DNA from: the human T2T-CHM13v2.0 reference genome, Homo sapiens | Direction: 5' to 3' (one strand) | DNA: 64,000 bases | Assembly: GCF_009914755.1 (NCBI RefSeq) | Contig: NC_060928.1 | Shown: positions 12,916 to 25,423 of the stretch, one piece after another | Position numbering within the stretch: the first letter of the stretch is position 1 | How the letters are laid out: each line of letters begins with the position of its first letter | Translations under genes and position numbers: made by a program | Notes under the pieces: model-generated | The model's input: the letters and a program-made list of their open reading frames with translations, nothing else | What the model was told of the DNA's origin: nothing | Database searches by the model: none

Positions 12916-15900
12916 GGAGTGGGAGGCAATATGGCTGACGAGATGCAGCCAAAGACAACATCTCCCACCTAGAGACCAGGATATCAGGAAGACCGGCACA
13001 CTCCAAGCAGATCTTTGAGGGGAAGGCATTGAGAGTGCATGGAAAAAGAACGAAGACCTTGGGATGAAGGAAGAGAAAGCTGGGAACCCTGCACAGGACT
13101 GCTGAGCACCAGGACCTGCTCCTGGCCCCCAACAGCTCCTGGGGAAGGAGTGAGTTGAACAGGAAAAAAGTAGCCTGCTCTCACCACAGACCTCTAGAAT
13201 CCTAGCTTCAGGAGACCTCATGACCTCACCATCACTTAAATGTCAGGGAGAGCTGTTTGGAGAGGTGGCAGGGGCCACTCTGTGGAGCCCAGGGTGTTAA
13301 GCATGAGAACAGCTGCATTAGAGCATGGCCAGGGACACCTATGCTCCAAGACTTGCCATGCTACTCTAGGTGGCTTTGCCTTCGGTGACTGTCAAACATG
13401 GACAGAGCAGGGGAGTCCTGCCCATGAGACAGGACCGTCTGATCTGAGGACACCCCTGTTTGCCATCTTCTCCTAGGGCCCCAGGCTGGCGGCACACACT
13501 TGCAGTCCTGCCTTGAATGTCCAACCAGGGTGCTTCCTGGGGGGCCTCATTATAGCTCTTTCACCAGCAGACCACACCTGACCATTGGAGAACTTCAGCA
13601 GACTGGCAACCACTGACAGATACCAGCCTACCTACAGCCTTTCTCCACAGCAGCCTGCCCCACAGCATTGCCAATGCACACTTGGTCATGGCTTCCTTAC
13701 CCTCCATTGCTTTGCCAACACATGCACTCAGATGGATTCCACCTTTTCTCCTTTGCCAGCATGCAAGTGCACACACCCTGTCATCCCACCACTGTCAGCG
13801 TGAGCATGTGTGCATGGATGCTGGTATATGGGTGCCCCATCCCCACTGATGCACAGGGACACTGTTGTGCCACTGCTGCTTGCACACATGTGTGTGAGAA
13901 CAGATCCCACTGCCACTGTCCCAAAGAAGCACTTTGGTTGGCACCTCTGATTGGAGTGTTGTTGCCAACAAACAGGGAACACCCACTCCTCCAGTGCAGC
14001 AGGCTTCTAACTTCAAGGGACCAGGGAGAAAAGCCAGGGCCCAGTACCAGCTTCCCAGGTTTAGAGCTTGCAGCTCAGGAGTGATGAGCTTAGTTTTGGT
14101 AACTTGAAAGTTTAAAGAAACATCAGACTACACAGAAGAGAAAAAATCAGCACAAGAATTCTGGCAACTCAAAAAGCCAGAATGTCATCTTACCTCCAAA
14201 CAATCGCACTCATTCCCCAGCAAGCATTTTTAACCTGGCTGAAATGGCTCGAATAACATACATAGATTTCAGAATCTGGATAAAAATGAAGATCATCAAG
14301 ATTCAGGAGAAAGTAAAAACCCAATCCAAGGAGACTAAGGTATCCAATAAAACAATACAAGCACTGGAAGACAAATTAGGCATTTTAAGAAAGAATCAAA
14401 CTGATCAGATAGAGCTAGAAAATTCACTACAAAATTTAATAGTGCAATCACAAATATTAACAGCAGAATAGAGCAAGCTGAGGAAAGAATCTCAGAGCTT
14501 GAAGACCAGTACCTCAAATCAATTCAGTCAGACAAAAATAAAGAAAAGGAAAAGAAAAAGAATGAACAAAATCTCCAAGAAATATGGGATTGTGTAAAGA
14601 GACCATACCTATGACACGTTGGTATCCCTGCAAGAGAGAGAGAAAAAAACAAGCAACTTGGAAAACATATTTGAGGATATTGTCCATGAAATTTTATCCA
14701 ACCTCACTAGAGGCCAACATTTAAATTCAGAATATGCAGACAAAACCTGTGAGATACTATATAAGATGTACATCCCCAAGACACATAGACATCAGATTCA
14801 CCAAAGTCAACATGAAAAAAATATCAAAGGGAGCTAGAGAGAAGGGACAGACAGGTCACCTACAAAGGAAACCCCATCAGGCTACCAGCGAAATTTTCAA
14901 CAGAAACCTGACAGGGCAGAAGATATTCGACGCCTATATTTAGCATTCTTAATAAAAGAGAAATTCAAACTCATTCTCTGAGGCCAGCATCATTCTGATA
15001 GCAAAACCTGGCAGAGATATGACAAAAAAGAAAGAACCAGGTCAATATCCTTGAAGAACAGAAATACAAAAATCCTGAACAAAATACTAGCAAACTGAAC
15101 CCAGCAGCACATCCAAAAGCTGATCCACTGTGATCAAGTAGGCTTTATCTCTGGAATGCAAGGCAGGTTCAGCACACACAGATGAATAAATGTGATTCAT
15201 CACATAAACAGAGCTAAAAGCAAAACCACAAGATCATCTCAATAGATGCAGAAAAATCTTTCAATAAAATTCAACATCCTTTTTATGTTAAAAACACTCA
15301 ACAAACTAGGTATTGAAGGAATATACTTGAAAGTAATGAGTCAGATATGATAAACCCAGAGCCAACATTATACTGAACTAGCAAACTCTGGAAACATTCC
15401 CCTTGAGAACAGGAAACAAGACAAGGATGCCCACTCTTACCACTCCTATTCAACATGGTAGTAGAAGTCCTAGCAAGAGCAATCAGGCAAAAGGAAAAAA
15501 AATAAAAGGCATCCAAATAGGAAGAGAGGAAGTCAACCTATCTCTGCAGGTGATATAATTTTATACATATAATACCCCAGAGTCTCTATTTAAAAGCTTA
15601 TAGATCTGATAAACAACATCAGCAAAGTTTCAGAATATAAAGTTAATGTACAAAAATCAGTAGCATTTTTATACACCAACAATCTGCAAACTGGGAACCA
15701 AATCAAGAACACAATTCCACTCATAACAGACACACACATACCAATTATCTAGAATACAGCTAATCAGGGAGGTGAATGACCTCTACAATGAGAAATACAA
15801 AATAATGCTGAAAGAAATCAGAAAAATTAAAAAGTATTCCATGTTCATGGATAGGAAGAATTGACATCACTAAAATGGCCACACTGTCCAAGCAATTTAT

Positions 15901-18157
15901 AGGTTTAATACTATTCTTATTAAACTATCAATTACATTTTCTACAGAATGAGAAAAAACTATTTTAAAATTCATAGGGAACCAAAAACGAGTCCAAAGAG
16001 CCAAAGCAATCCTAAGCAAAATGCACCAAGCCGAGGCATCATACAACCCGACTTCAAAATGCACCAAGCCGGAGGCATCATATAACCCGACTTCAACATG
16101 CACCAAGCCGGAGGCATCATATAACCCGACTTCAAAATGCACCAAGCTGCAGGCTTCATATAACCCGACTTCAACATGCACCAAGCTGCAGGCATCATAC
16201 AACCCGACTTCAAAATGCACCAAGCCGGAGGCATCATATAACCCGACTTCAAAATGCACCATGCCAGAGGCATCCTATCACTCGACTTCAAAATGCACCA
16301 AGCCGGAGGCATCATGTAACCCAACTTCAACATGCACCAAGCCAGAGGCATCATATAATCCGACTTCAAAATGCACCAAGCCGCAGGCATCATACAACCC
16401 GACGGCAACATGCACCAAGCCGCAGGCACCATATAACCCGACTTCAAAATGCACCAAGCCAGAGGCATCATATAACCCGACATCAAAATGCACCAAGCCG
16501 CAGGCATCATATAACCCGACATCAAAATGCACCAAGCCGCAGGCATCATATAACCCGACGTCAAAATGCAATAAGCCGCAGGCACCATATAACCCGATGT
16601 CAAAATGCACCAAGCCGCAGGCATCATACAGTCCGACTTCAAAATGCACCAAGCCGCAGGCATCATACAGTCCGACTTCAAAATGCACCAAGCCGCAGGC
16701 ATCATACAGTCCGACTTCAAAATGCACCAAGCCGCAGGCATCATATAACCCAACTTCAAAATGCACCAAGCTGGAGGCATCATATAACCCGGCTTCAAAA
16801 TGGTACGAGTTTGCAGAAACCAAAACAGCAAGATCTGGAACAAAAGCAGACACACAGGTCAGTGAAACAAAACAGAGAGCCCAGAAATGAGCCACACACC
16901 TTCGATCATCGAATCTTTAATAAATTCTACAAAAACAATGGGAAAATAACTCTCTATTTATTAAACGGTGCTGAGATACCTGGCTAGCCATATGTAGAAG
17001 ATTGAAGCTGGACCCCCTTCTTTTCTCCACATATAAAATTAACTCAGGATGATTAAAAACTTAAATGTAAAACCTAAAACTATAAAAACCCTGCAAGAAA
17101 ACCTAGCAAATATCATTCTGGGCATATTTCATGATGAAGATGTCAAAAACAATAAAAACCGAAATTGACAAATGAGACCTAATTAGAAAGCTTCTGCACA
17201 GCAGAGCAACTATCAACAGAGTAAGCAGACAATCTACCGAATGGGAGAAAATATTTTCAAACTATGCATCTGACAAAGGTCTAATATCCAGCACCTATAA
17301 GGAACTATATTTACAAGCAAAACATATTTACAAGCAAAAATCAAACAACCCCATTAAGAAGAAGTCATACACGTGACCAAAAGGTATGTAAAAAATGCTC
17401 ACATTGTTCATCATTAGGGAAATGTCATTCACAGCTACAATGAGATCCCATCTCACAGTAGTCAGAATGGCTGTTATTAAAAAGTCAAAAAATAACAGAT
17501 GCTGGCAAGCTTGTAGAGAAAAGGGAACACTTATGTGCTGCTTGTCGGAATGTAATTTAGTTTAACCATTGTGAAAAGCAGTTTGGTAATTTCTCAAAAA
17601 ACTTCAAATAGAACTAGCATTCAACCCAGCAATCCCATTATTGGGTATATACCCAAGGGAATATAAATTGTTCTACCATAAGGACACATGCATGTGTATG
17701 TTTATCTCAGCACTATTCACAATATCAAAGACATAATATCAAACTAAATGCCTATCAATGATAGGCTGGATAACTAAAATATGGTACATACACACTATGG
17801 ACTACCACGTAGCCATAAAATAGAATGAGATCATGTCCTTTGCAGCAGCGTGGATGGAGCTGGACACCATCATCCTACACAAATTAACACAAGGACAGAA
17901 AACCAAGCATTGCATGTTCTTACTTATAAGTGGGCATTAAACATCGAGAACAAATGGACACGGAGAAAGAAACAATAGATGCTGGGGCCTGTCTGAGGGT
18001 GGAGGGTGGAAAGAGAGTGAGGACAGAATGACCTATCAGGTACTATGCTTATTACCTGGGTGACAAAATAATCTGTACACCAAACCCCCACGACCCACCA
18101 AGTACCTAGATAACAAACTTGTACGTGTAGCCTGGAATCTCAAAAGTAAACACAAAA
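12916..18157 (+). mobile_element. L1PA15/16-like LINE-1 retaining both ends, with a large internal deletion and an internal VNTR; inactive
   Basis: GC-rich 5'UTR from ggagtgggaggcaatatggctgac. ORF1 remnants (FRIWIKMKIIKIQEKVKTQSKE, NLENIFEDIVHE). RT region ~14970-15900 with a mutated FADD motif near 15545. 3'UTR aggtactatgcttattacctgggtgacaaaataatctgtacaccaaacccc. Weak TSD aaacataaaa / aaacacaaaa. Confidence 0.9.
16018..16800. repeat. 39-bp minisatellite, 20 copies, derived from L1 ORF2
   Basis: Unit aaaatgcaccaagccg(g/c)aggcatcatataacccgacttc. The 20 copies were counted from the 13-aa periodicity of the 16021 ORF. The unit matches L1 aaaaagaacaaagctggaggcatcacactacctgacttc. Confidence 0.95.
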
Positions 18158-20704
18158 CAGCATTGATGAGATTTCTGTTGCAAATCTCCTATATGAGTAG
18201 TTATTGAAATTCTAAAAATGGAAACTTAAAAATAATGCTATTCAGAAATCTCAATAAAAGTCTAGTGCTCATACAGGTTTGCATTATCTTCAAGTCATCA
18301 AATTAAGAAACAGCAAAAGTGAAAGGAAAGCCTTGACTTACGTTCTGCATTCCAGTGACGTGGACCACCTGCTCCACACGTTGAAATAAAGATGGGGGTT
18401 TACTGCTGCATCTCTTTCATATGAAGAAAACACAACTCAGATTTCCATCAAAGAACAAAACCAAATTAATTTCACAGTGAGATAAATACAAACACAAACT
18501 TTTCAACATCCTAAGAGAGAAACAGCAGTTCTTAACTGATTACAGTAAAAATCAGACACAGCTCAGATTGATTAGGGTTTTTAAAACTTATATGAAAATA
18601 AAACAAAAAAAGTGAAAATCTTAATGAGATTCTCCAAAAGAATAAAATATTTGTCATTCGGTGCTACATCCATTAAGTTAAAATTGTATGCCAGTAATCA
18701 AACAAAAGTCCTATTTTAAAAGTTTCAAATAATTTGGAAAGATGAACTGGAACATCCAATGAAAATGTTAGGTGCTGCTCTCAAAGAAAAAAAAGGATAA
18801 AAAACTTCATTTGAAGACAGAGATTGCTTTGCTCTTTTCTGGAGATCTAAGGAAACTATGAGGTTGTGCCTTTGACATGTTTTTATGTTGTCAGATTTTC
18901 CAAATGCCTGCAAAGATTTTGTATGATCAAATAATGAGAAATATACATTTAAAAAATCCATTTAACTTTTGGAAGTCAACAAGCTAAATAAGGTTCACTT
19001 AGTGTCTTTGTTCTGTCTTTTGTTCCCCATTTATCTTAAATGCTGCTTCTTTCTTTCTCTGGTTCAAAGAAACAAGTAAGTAACTCTAAGACATAAAAGT
19101 GAATTATTGGCCTAGTGCTGACCTCATAATAGTAGTCTCTAGAGCACCCAATTAAAAAAATCACCTATGGTGCAAGTTCGATCATTTCAGACTTCCGCAA
19201 TTTAAAATGCCTTCTTTTGTGTAAGGAGATGACAATGGCCTCATCCATAGGTCGTCTGTTTCTGGGCTGCTTTTCCAGGTGGATGCACATCGAACATCTT
19301 CCTTGCGGTTGTTCCTGGGAAAACTGACTGACTTTGGGAGATGGCTGTGGCTAAAGCAGCAAATGTACTGGCCCTCTGGAAGATGAACATTCTCAGCATT
19401 TTTTTTTAGCTAAAACTCAAATAATGACACCTAACTTGCAGATTTTATTTGGGTTAAATCAGATTTGTGAATGTATAGACCTAGACATTAAAACAGAGCA
19501 CACCATACAGTAAATGCAGACCTGCATTTGTTGAATGTGAAAGTCTTTGTCTCATTAGTAACTACACTCACCATATATCAAAACGGGGGGGTAAAAAGAA
19601 TCATTTCTTATGAAAAATAGATTAGCTGCTCTTAGAGGCAAGGACAGGAAAGGTCTTTAGTTATTTTAGATTTTAAAGTAAAACTGGCCTTAAAAAGAAC
19701 GTGGAATTAATTGTTGTTATTCCTGCTGCTGTTGTTTGGAGGGAGGAAATTACATTTATGGTCCAAAACTGAGAACCAAAGCCACTGATGACCACACATC
19801 CAAGTTTGCATTCTGCCAACAATTTGCCCACAGCTGGGGCCAGAGTTGGCCAGAAACAGTAAGTTATGGAGAAGGGCCAGATTAGATTAACCCCCAAAGC
19901 AATACCACTTATCACCAATAAAGATGAGGAGATGAGCTTGTAGCTAGAGGGATTGTTAGAACAAAGTTATGCAGAGACTCTCTTCACTCTCTTCCATCAC
20001 AGAGAGTCCAAGAGTAAAGATGTGGAGATGGTGAGGTAAACACAGCGATGCCTGCGTGCAGAGGAGATGGGTGGCATGTCTGCTTAGCCAGTTATCTCCT
20101 GTGTTACCAGGCATGGCCCAGGAGAGTCTGGGAGAGCAGGTGGGGATGGTGAGAAAGTGTGAGTGCTCTGTGGGTATGGTAGAGCCATGCAACGTAGTTG
20201 AGTTTGAAGCTTCTTGCCAGCATTCTACTCAAGATGCCCATGTAGATAAAGGATCCCAGCAGCAAGAACGTCATGGCAGGGGGTATAGAGGCGTTGGAGG
20301 CAGGTTGTAGAGGTGGAGGTGGCAGGGAGTGTAGAAAAGGCCAAGTCTGAGCTGGGCAGTGGGAGATCCCTCTCTTCTGTGGTCTTCTGAAGAGCCCACA
20401 CACAAGCCCCGATGAGAGAACTGGCATTTAAATGAGAAATGAGAAAGAGCAACAGCCAGCTACAGAGAACTTTGCAATTTCCTGTTTAACTGAGATTTTT
20501 TAAATTTTATTTTTCTTCTTCTTACATTCCCCTCAAACACACTGAAGGAGCTATCACCTAGCAAAAGAGAAAAGGGCCTATTAAAGAGCTGATAAACTCC
20601 ATCCTTTCCCCCACCGCCACCTCACACACACAATCTTAGCCGCACCAGCACCAGGCTAGTCTAACCGCATTAGAAAGAACAGGGGATTTCTTTGGTAGAG
20701 CATC

Positions 20705-21075
20705 ACAACAAATCCTAAAACTTATGTGCAAATGCAAAGGATAAAAAATAGTCACAACAATCTTAAAGAACAAGGAGGAAACCATGTACACTACTAGGTT
20801 TCAAGACTTTTCATAAAACCATAGTAATTAGGACAGTGTGGTACTGGTGTAATAGACAGTAAGCACCACATTGTCTTATTACTGTGGAATAATGAAAAGG
20901 GAGTTCTGAAATAGACCCACATATGTGGTCCCCTGACTGACCACAAATAATGGTATTGGAGCAATGGAATATCCATATGATGAAAAAATTAACCTTGACA
21001 CTCATCTCACATTATGCACAAAATTTACTTGAGGTGGACTATAAACAAAACGTGAGATATTCAACCATAAATCTG
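20705..21075 (+). mobile_element. Old L1M ORF2 fragment
   Basis: Contains catagtaattaggacagtgtggtactgg, aaatagacccacatatgtgg and ctcacattatgcacaaaattt, which resemble the 3' part of L1 ORF2. Confidence 0.65.
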
Positions 21076-21079
21076 CTAA

Positions 21080-21362
21080 GTTCAACTGTGTGCCACGCTG
21101 CTTGGGAGAACAACTGCAGCAAACTCAGCAGCAACTGCAGCAAACTCAGAGGGTGCCCTCGGATATTCTGCATTTTGGAGGGAAACGGGGCAATACAAAC
21201 TTCTGTCAGATTCCTCACGAAATATCAGCTAAGCTAATTCACACGTTCAACATCGCATTGCGCCACTTTTTATTCCGCTCATGCCTTAGCAAAATTAGGT
21301 GTTCAGTGGTGACTATCAAAAAAGCAAGCACTGTGCAAAAACTAGTGTGGAAGAGAGTAGGA
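21080..21362 (+). mobile_element. hAT-Charlie-type DNA transposon fragment (MER119-like)
   Basis: Contains ggatattctgcattttggagggaaac, ttcaacatcgcattgcgccac and aaaaagcaagcactgtgcaaaaactagtgtggaa. Also holds a local 21-bp tandem duplication (caactgcagcaaactcagcag). Confidence 0.5.
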
Positions 21363-21442
21363 AAGCTTGATCTAGGTAGGTACTTATTTTGTACATAAGC
21401 AAAAATTTAGAATTGTCATTTTATGTGCTTTTCTGTATTTAT

Positions 21443-21753
21443 TTACTTTTATTTTTTCTATTATTACTTTTTTGAGATGGAGTCTTGCTCTGTCGCCCAG
21501 GCTGGAGTGCAGTGGCGCAATCTCAGTTCACGGCAACCTCCGCCTCCTGGGTTCATGCCATTCTCTGCCTCAGCCTCCCAAGTAGCTGGGACTACAAGCG
21601 CCTGCCACGATGCCCGGCTAATTTTTGTATTTTAGTAGAGATGAGGTTTCACCATGTTGGCCAGGCTGGTCTGGAATTCCTTACCTCAGGTGATCCGCCT
21701 GCCTCAGCCTCCCAAAGTGCTGGGATTACAGGTGTGAGCCACCATGCCTGGCC
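21443..21753 (-). mobile_element. AluS
   Basis: Full reverse Alu. TSD tgtatttat on both sides. Confidence 0.95.
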
Positions 21754-21999
21754 TGTATTTATATTATATCTCAATAAATAAATAACCAGAACTGAGTTTT
21801 AATTAATATAATAAGACAATTCTAAATTTAAGTGACTACACTATTATTTAATCTGACCAAACTAAGTGCAAAGGCATTCAACGTAGGGCAGTTAGTGGCA
21901 GTTATTTACAGAAATTGTCCATATTTACATGTCCTGCAATGTGATGTTTCTTCACATACAGTTTGTTTAATAAGCATAACATACCACGGTTCCTAAACC

Positions 22000-22165
22000 G
22001 TGAGTTTGGGTTCTTACTGCACTATTTATTGTTTGCATAACCCTGAGAAGTTACCTCACCTCTTTTAAAACCAAGATAAAAATGTCACCCTACCTTACCA
22101 GATTGTTGAAAAAATTAAAGGTGTCATGTATGCCTAGCAGAGAGTGAGAGCTAAATAAATGTTAT
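22000..22165 (+). mobile_element. MIR fragment
   Basis: Contains accctgagaagttacctcacctc and cctaccttaccagattgttg, similar to the MIR core. Confidence 0.5.
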
Positions 22166-24469
22166 ATTTTGTCTTTATTAGTATTATCATTTCTCTTCCA
22201 CAAATCTCTAGTAAACATGACTAGGCTTTTATAAACAATTTATGCAACCACAGGAATGTCATTTTCAGCATAGACACAATTTTTGTCACTGATTGAGATC
22301 AGTGCAAAACCAGGAAACCAGAAGGAAGTGGAGAAGAGAAAAGGCAGGTGGCATTGAATGGATGTGGGTGAGTCAGAGTGAAGGTGTTTGCAGCACAGCC
22401 TTGAAAGAGGGAGAAACGCAGATGCACACCATCCCCACTCCTTAATGCGCACTCCAGTGTCTGTGGGCAGAAGAGCCTGCCGCCACCACGGCGGAACTGA
22501 AGCAATCCAGCCCCAGCAGAGGAGAGAGCTGAGAAATGGCAATTCAGCTGGACCAGCATTATTCACCTCAAGAGTTCAGCTTACTCTGCGTCTCTGACCC
22601 GGAGATGGTATCAGACAAGTAGAGAGGAGAGGAGTCATCATTGCAGAGCTGTGAAATCACTATGGCAATACATATTTCAATATCTGATTAAAGAGATTAA
22701 GATTTGATACAGTGCACATAAAGCCTGTATCAAACCAAATTAATTCTAGTCATATTTTTTAAACTGTGGAAGAAGATCCTGAAAATTTTCTAGTGATTAT
22801 TAGGTAATAAATGAAAATCAACACTCCTGTATTCACTAATTTAAGACCTGTGAAATGTTTCTGTAGTCTAACCACTGTGCTATTTTACTAGTTTTCATAA
22901 ACAACCAAAAAATATTCATAGCTTCACTGAAGACCTTGGGTTCTCAGCCCTCCACTGTGCCCATAAAGCCTTATGTTTCTTTCCTGGGAATTCTCCTATG
23001 ACAGAATTATTTTAGAATGTTGATCCTCAAAAATTGGGACATGATACTTTAGCAAAACATCATTTTGAGCCAATATTTGCAATGCTGAGATTTCTAAGTC
23101 CACATAAAGGTCTCCAGACTGTTTGTAATTCCCCATTATTTATGTTGAAATAATGGACCTGATTTTCCTTCTCTTTGACTCTACTAATCAGTAAAAATCT
23201 TTTTGCTAGGGTGAACTGGTTTTCAATGGCCACCCTGAGCAATATATTTCTTAGCTTTGGAGACATAAGCATTCTAAAGAGAGGCTTTCTTCATTGTCTA
23301 AGGTAGAGTTTTATGAGTAGTAATGGCAAAGATAGTCTGCTTTTGCCTCTGAGCAGGGAAAACCTAGCTGATTATGCTGACCTTTCAAATTTTCACTCCA
23401 TGTGCCCATAATTCTGACCCCCTCATGTTCTATTTTTAGATACTAGGGGATATTAGGATCAGATCCAGTTGGAACTGACCTCTAAGGTAAATATGAACAA
23501 ATTAAAGGGTAAAAGATCTGGGAGACATTTGACACATCCCCCACGGGCCCTGAAATAATAAAAAACAAAGAATCCTAAGAGACAAGCTTCCTGGGCAAGA
23601 ATGTGAGGAGTGTTTGACATTGCCTGGGATGGCACGGCGGAAATGAATACACCTGCTGTTCTGGAAGAGCTGATGTGGGCTTGAAGCCCCAGCTGTGATA
23701 ACAAGACCACAGTGACCCGTGACTACGTCTTGACTGAAATGCAGGCCTTGAATCTAATCATTGTGTTGAAAAGAGGTGTTGAGCCTACGAAATGAAGGCA
23801 TGTCTGGAAAAAGAGACACAGCAATATGTTACAGCCAAACTATAATCTAAATCCCACAAACGCATGTCATCCCACCTGCTATTCGTTTCCGTCAGAGCTG
23901 TCACCCAGTGATCTAGAAACGAGAAAGGGGAGCAACAGCTTTGAAAAGAAATGCTACATGGTGGGGAGTGAAGACAGCTATGTGGCTGATAGCTCATGCT
24001 CCTTGTGTTATTTCCACCCCTTCGGTGGTACTCCATGAATTTCACCCCACATCTGAGAAATGGCTGGTTCAGCAAGCTAACAGCATACAGATCCTACTCT
24101 TTTCTATTTTAACCAAAAAAATTCCTAAGTGGTATTCCTTAAATCTTGAGCAACTACGATTCCTTAAATCTTGAGCAAATCTTGAGAAAACTATGTCGTA
24201 CTAAAAATAAAGAGGTATTCTCCTGGGAAGTGGGCCCTATGTCTATTAAACATACTTAGCAAAATCTCTTGCTGTGTCGGTATTTCCAGAAGGTCCTTAG
24301 CACTCACCAGGAACAGTGGTTGCCTCTAGGAATGAAATGGGATGACGGAAGACCTGGGGAGCAGTGGCAGGAGGAGACACTCATGATGCGCCTTTTGGCC
24401 ATAGGTAGTTATTTTCCACATGCATGGAGTGCCTTGTATTGAACCAGAACTAGTAATTATAATACCTTG

Positions 24470-24690
24470 CATTTATATAATGTTTTGCAGCTGTATTAAT
24501 GTCTTCATATCAGTTCTCTCATTTAATTCTCTGTTGTTTGCATGAGGTTGCCTTACTAGCTCCATTTTGCCACTGAGGAAATTGAATTCAAAGGGCTTTA
24601 GAGATTTACTATGAGGAAATATTGGAGGCCAAGCTAACACGTAAGCTTCCAAACACTCAGCAAATCTTTCTTCCACCACACCACATTACT
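24470..24690 (-). mobile_element. MIR fragment
   Basis: Contains ctcatttaattctc and ccattttgccactgaggaaattga, similar to the reverse MIR core. Confidence 0.5.
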
Positions 24691-25146
24691 CTCAAGGAGG
24701 AGGGAGAGGAGAAATGAGGAAAAAAAGCCAAATTTTTTCCTTCAAAGGTAAGTAGTTAGAATCATCAGTTTTGGAATGTATTATCAGTAAAGGAACCAAG
24801 GTGATCTTCCTGAGGCCAATTTAAAATCTAATTCAAATTATTTGAATTATTAAGCAATAAGATGTCTTCCCTTTACGTTTAATTCAACAAGCATAAATAA
24901 CAGCATAAATTTTAATTATCTGGGAATAATTAGGAACACATTTCTTTCCTATCACACTTACGGCCAAATCACATTTCTAAAGTGAAACCTAATCTAAGAA
25001 CTTTCCAATACAATATCATATAATTAGGTAATTTAAAAATACATTTTGAAAATGAAATCTCCAAGCATCATTCATTAACAGACTCTGATATTCCCTTCAG
25101 TCACTGTCATGGCTAAGAAAGCAACTCCAACCCACACACTGCAAAT

Positions 25147-25423
25147 ATGAAGGACCACGAAAGGCACGCAGGCTCTGGTTTGCATAGTGAAGATGAGCGA
25201 CCGTGTTCCTAAGCATGAAGGACCATGAAAGGCACGCAGGCTCTGGTTTGCATAGTGAAGATGAGCGACCGTGTTCCTAAGCATGAAGGACCACGAAAGG
25301 CATGCAGGCTCTGGTTTGCATAGTGTGGATGAGCGACTGTGTCCCTAAGCATGAAGGACCACGAAAGGCATGCAGGCTCTGGTTTGCGTAGTGAAGATGA
25401 GTGTCTGTTCCTAAGCATGAAGG
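25147..25423. repeat. 68-bp minisatellite, ~4 copies
   Basis: Unit atgaaggaccacgaaaggcacgcaggctctggtttgcatagtgaagatgagcgaccgtgttcctaagc starts at 25147, 25215, 25283 and 25351, with a partial copy at 25417. Confidence 0.95.

Noticed and set aside
15897-16895. Repeat ORFs on both strands called as genes (SPRR-like or Pol II CTD-like)
   Set aside because: They are explained by the 39-bp L1-derived tandem repeat and have no supporting gene structure. Kept only as a finding.
12916-18157. Retrotransposition-competent L1
   Set aside because: The endonuclease region is deleted, the RT catalytic motif is mutated, and there are many frameshifts plus the VNTR.
19262-19400. Plus-strand acceptor-like ctgcttttccag|gtg
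   Set aside because: No matching donor or recognisable ORF. Such sites are expected by chance.
25147-25423. CRISPR-like array (also considered for the 44.4-kb and 44.8-kb repeats)
   Set aside because: The units are contiguous with no unique spacers, there are no cas genes, and the context is primate genomic DNA.
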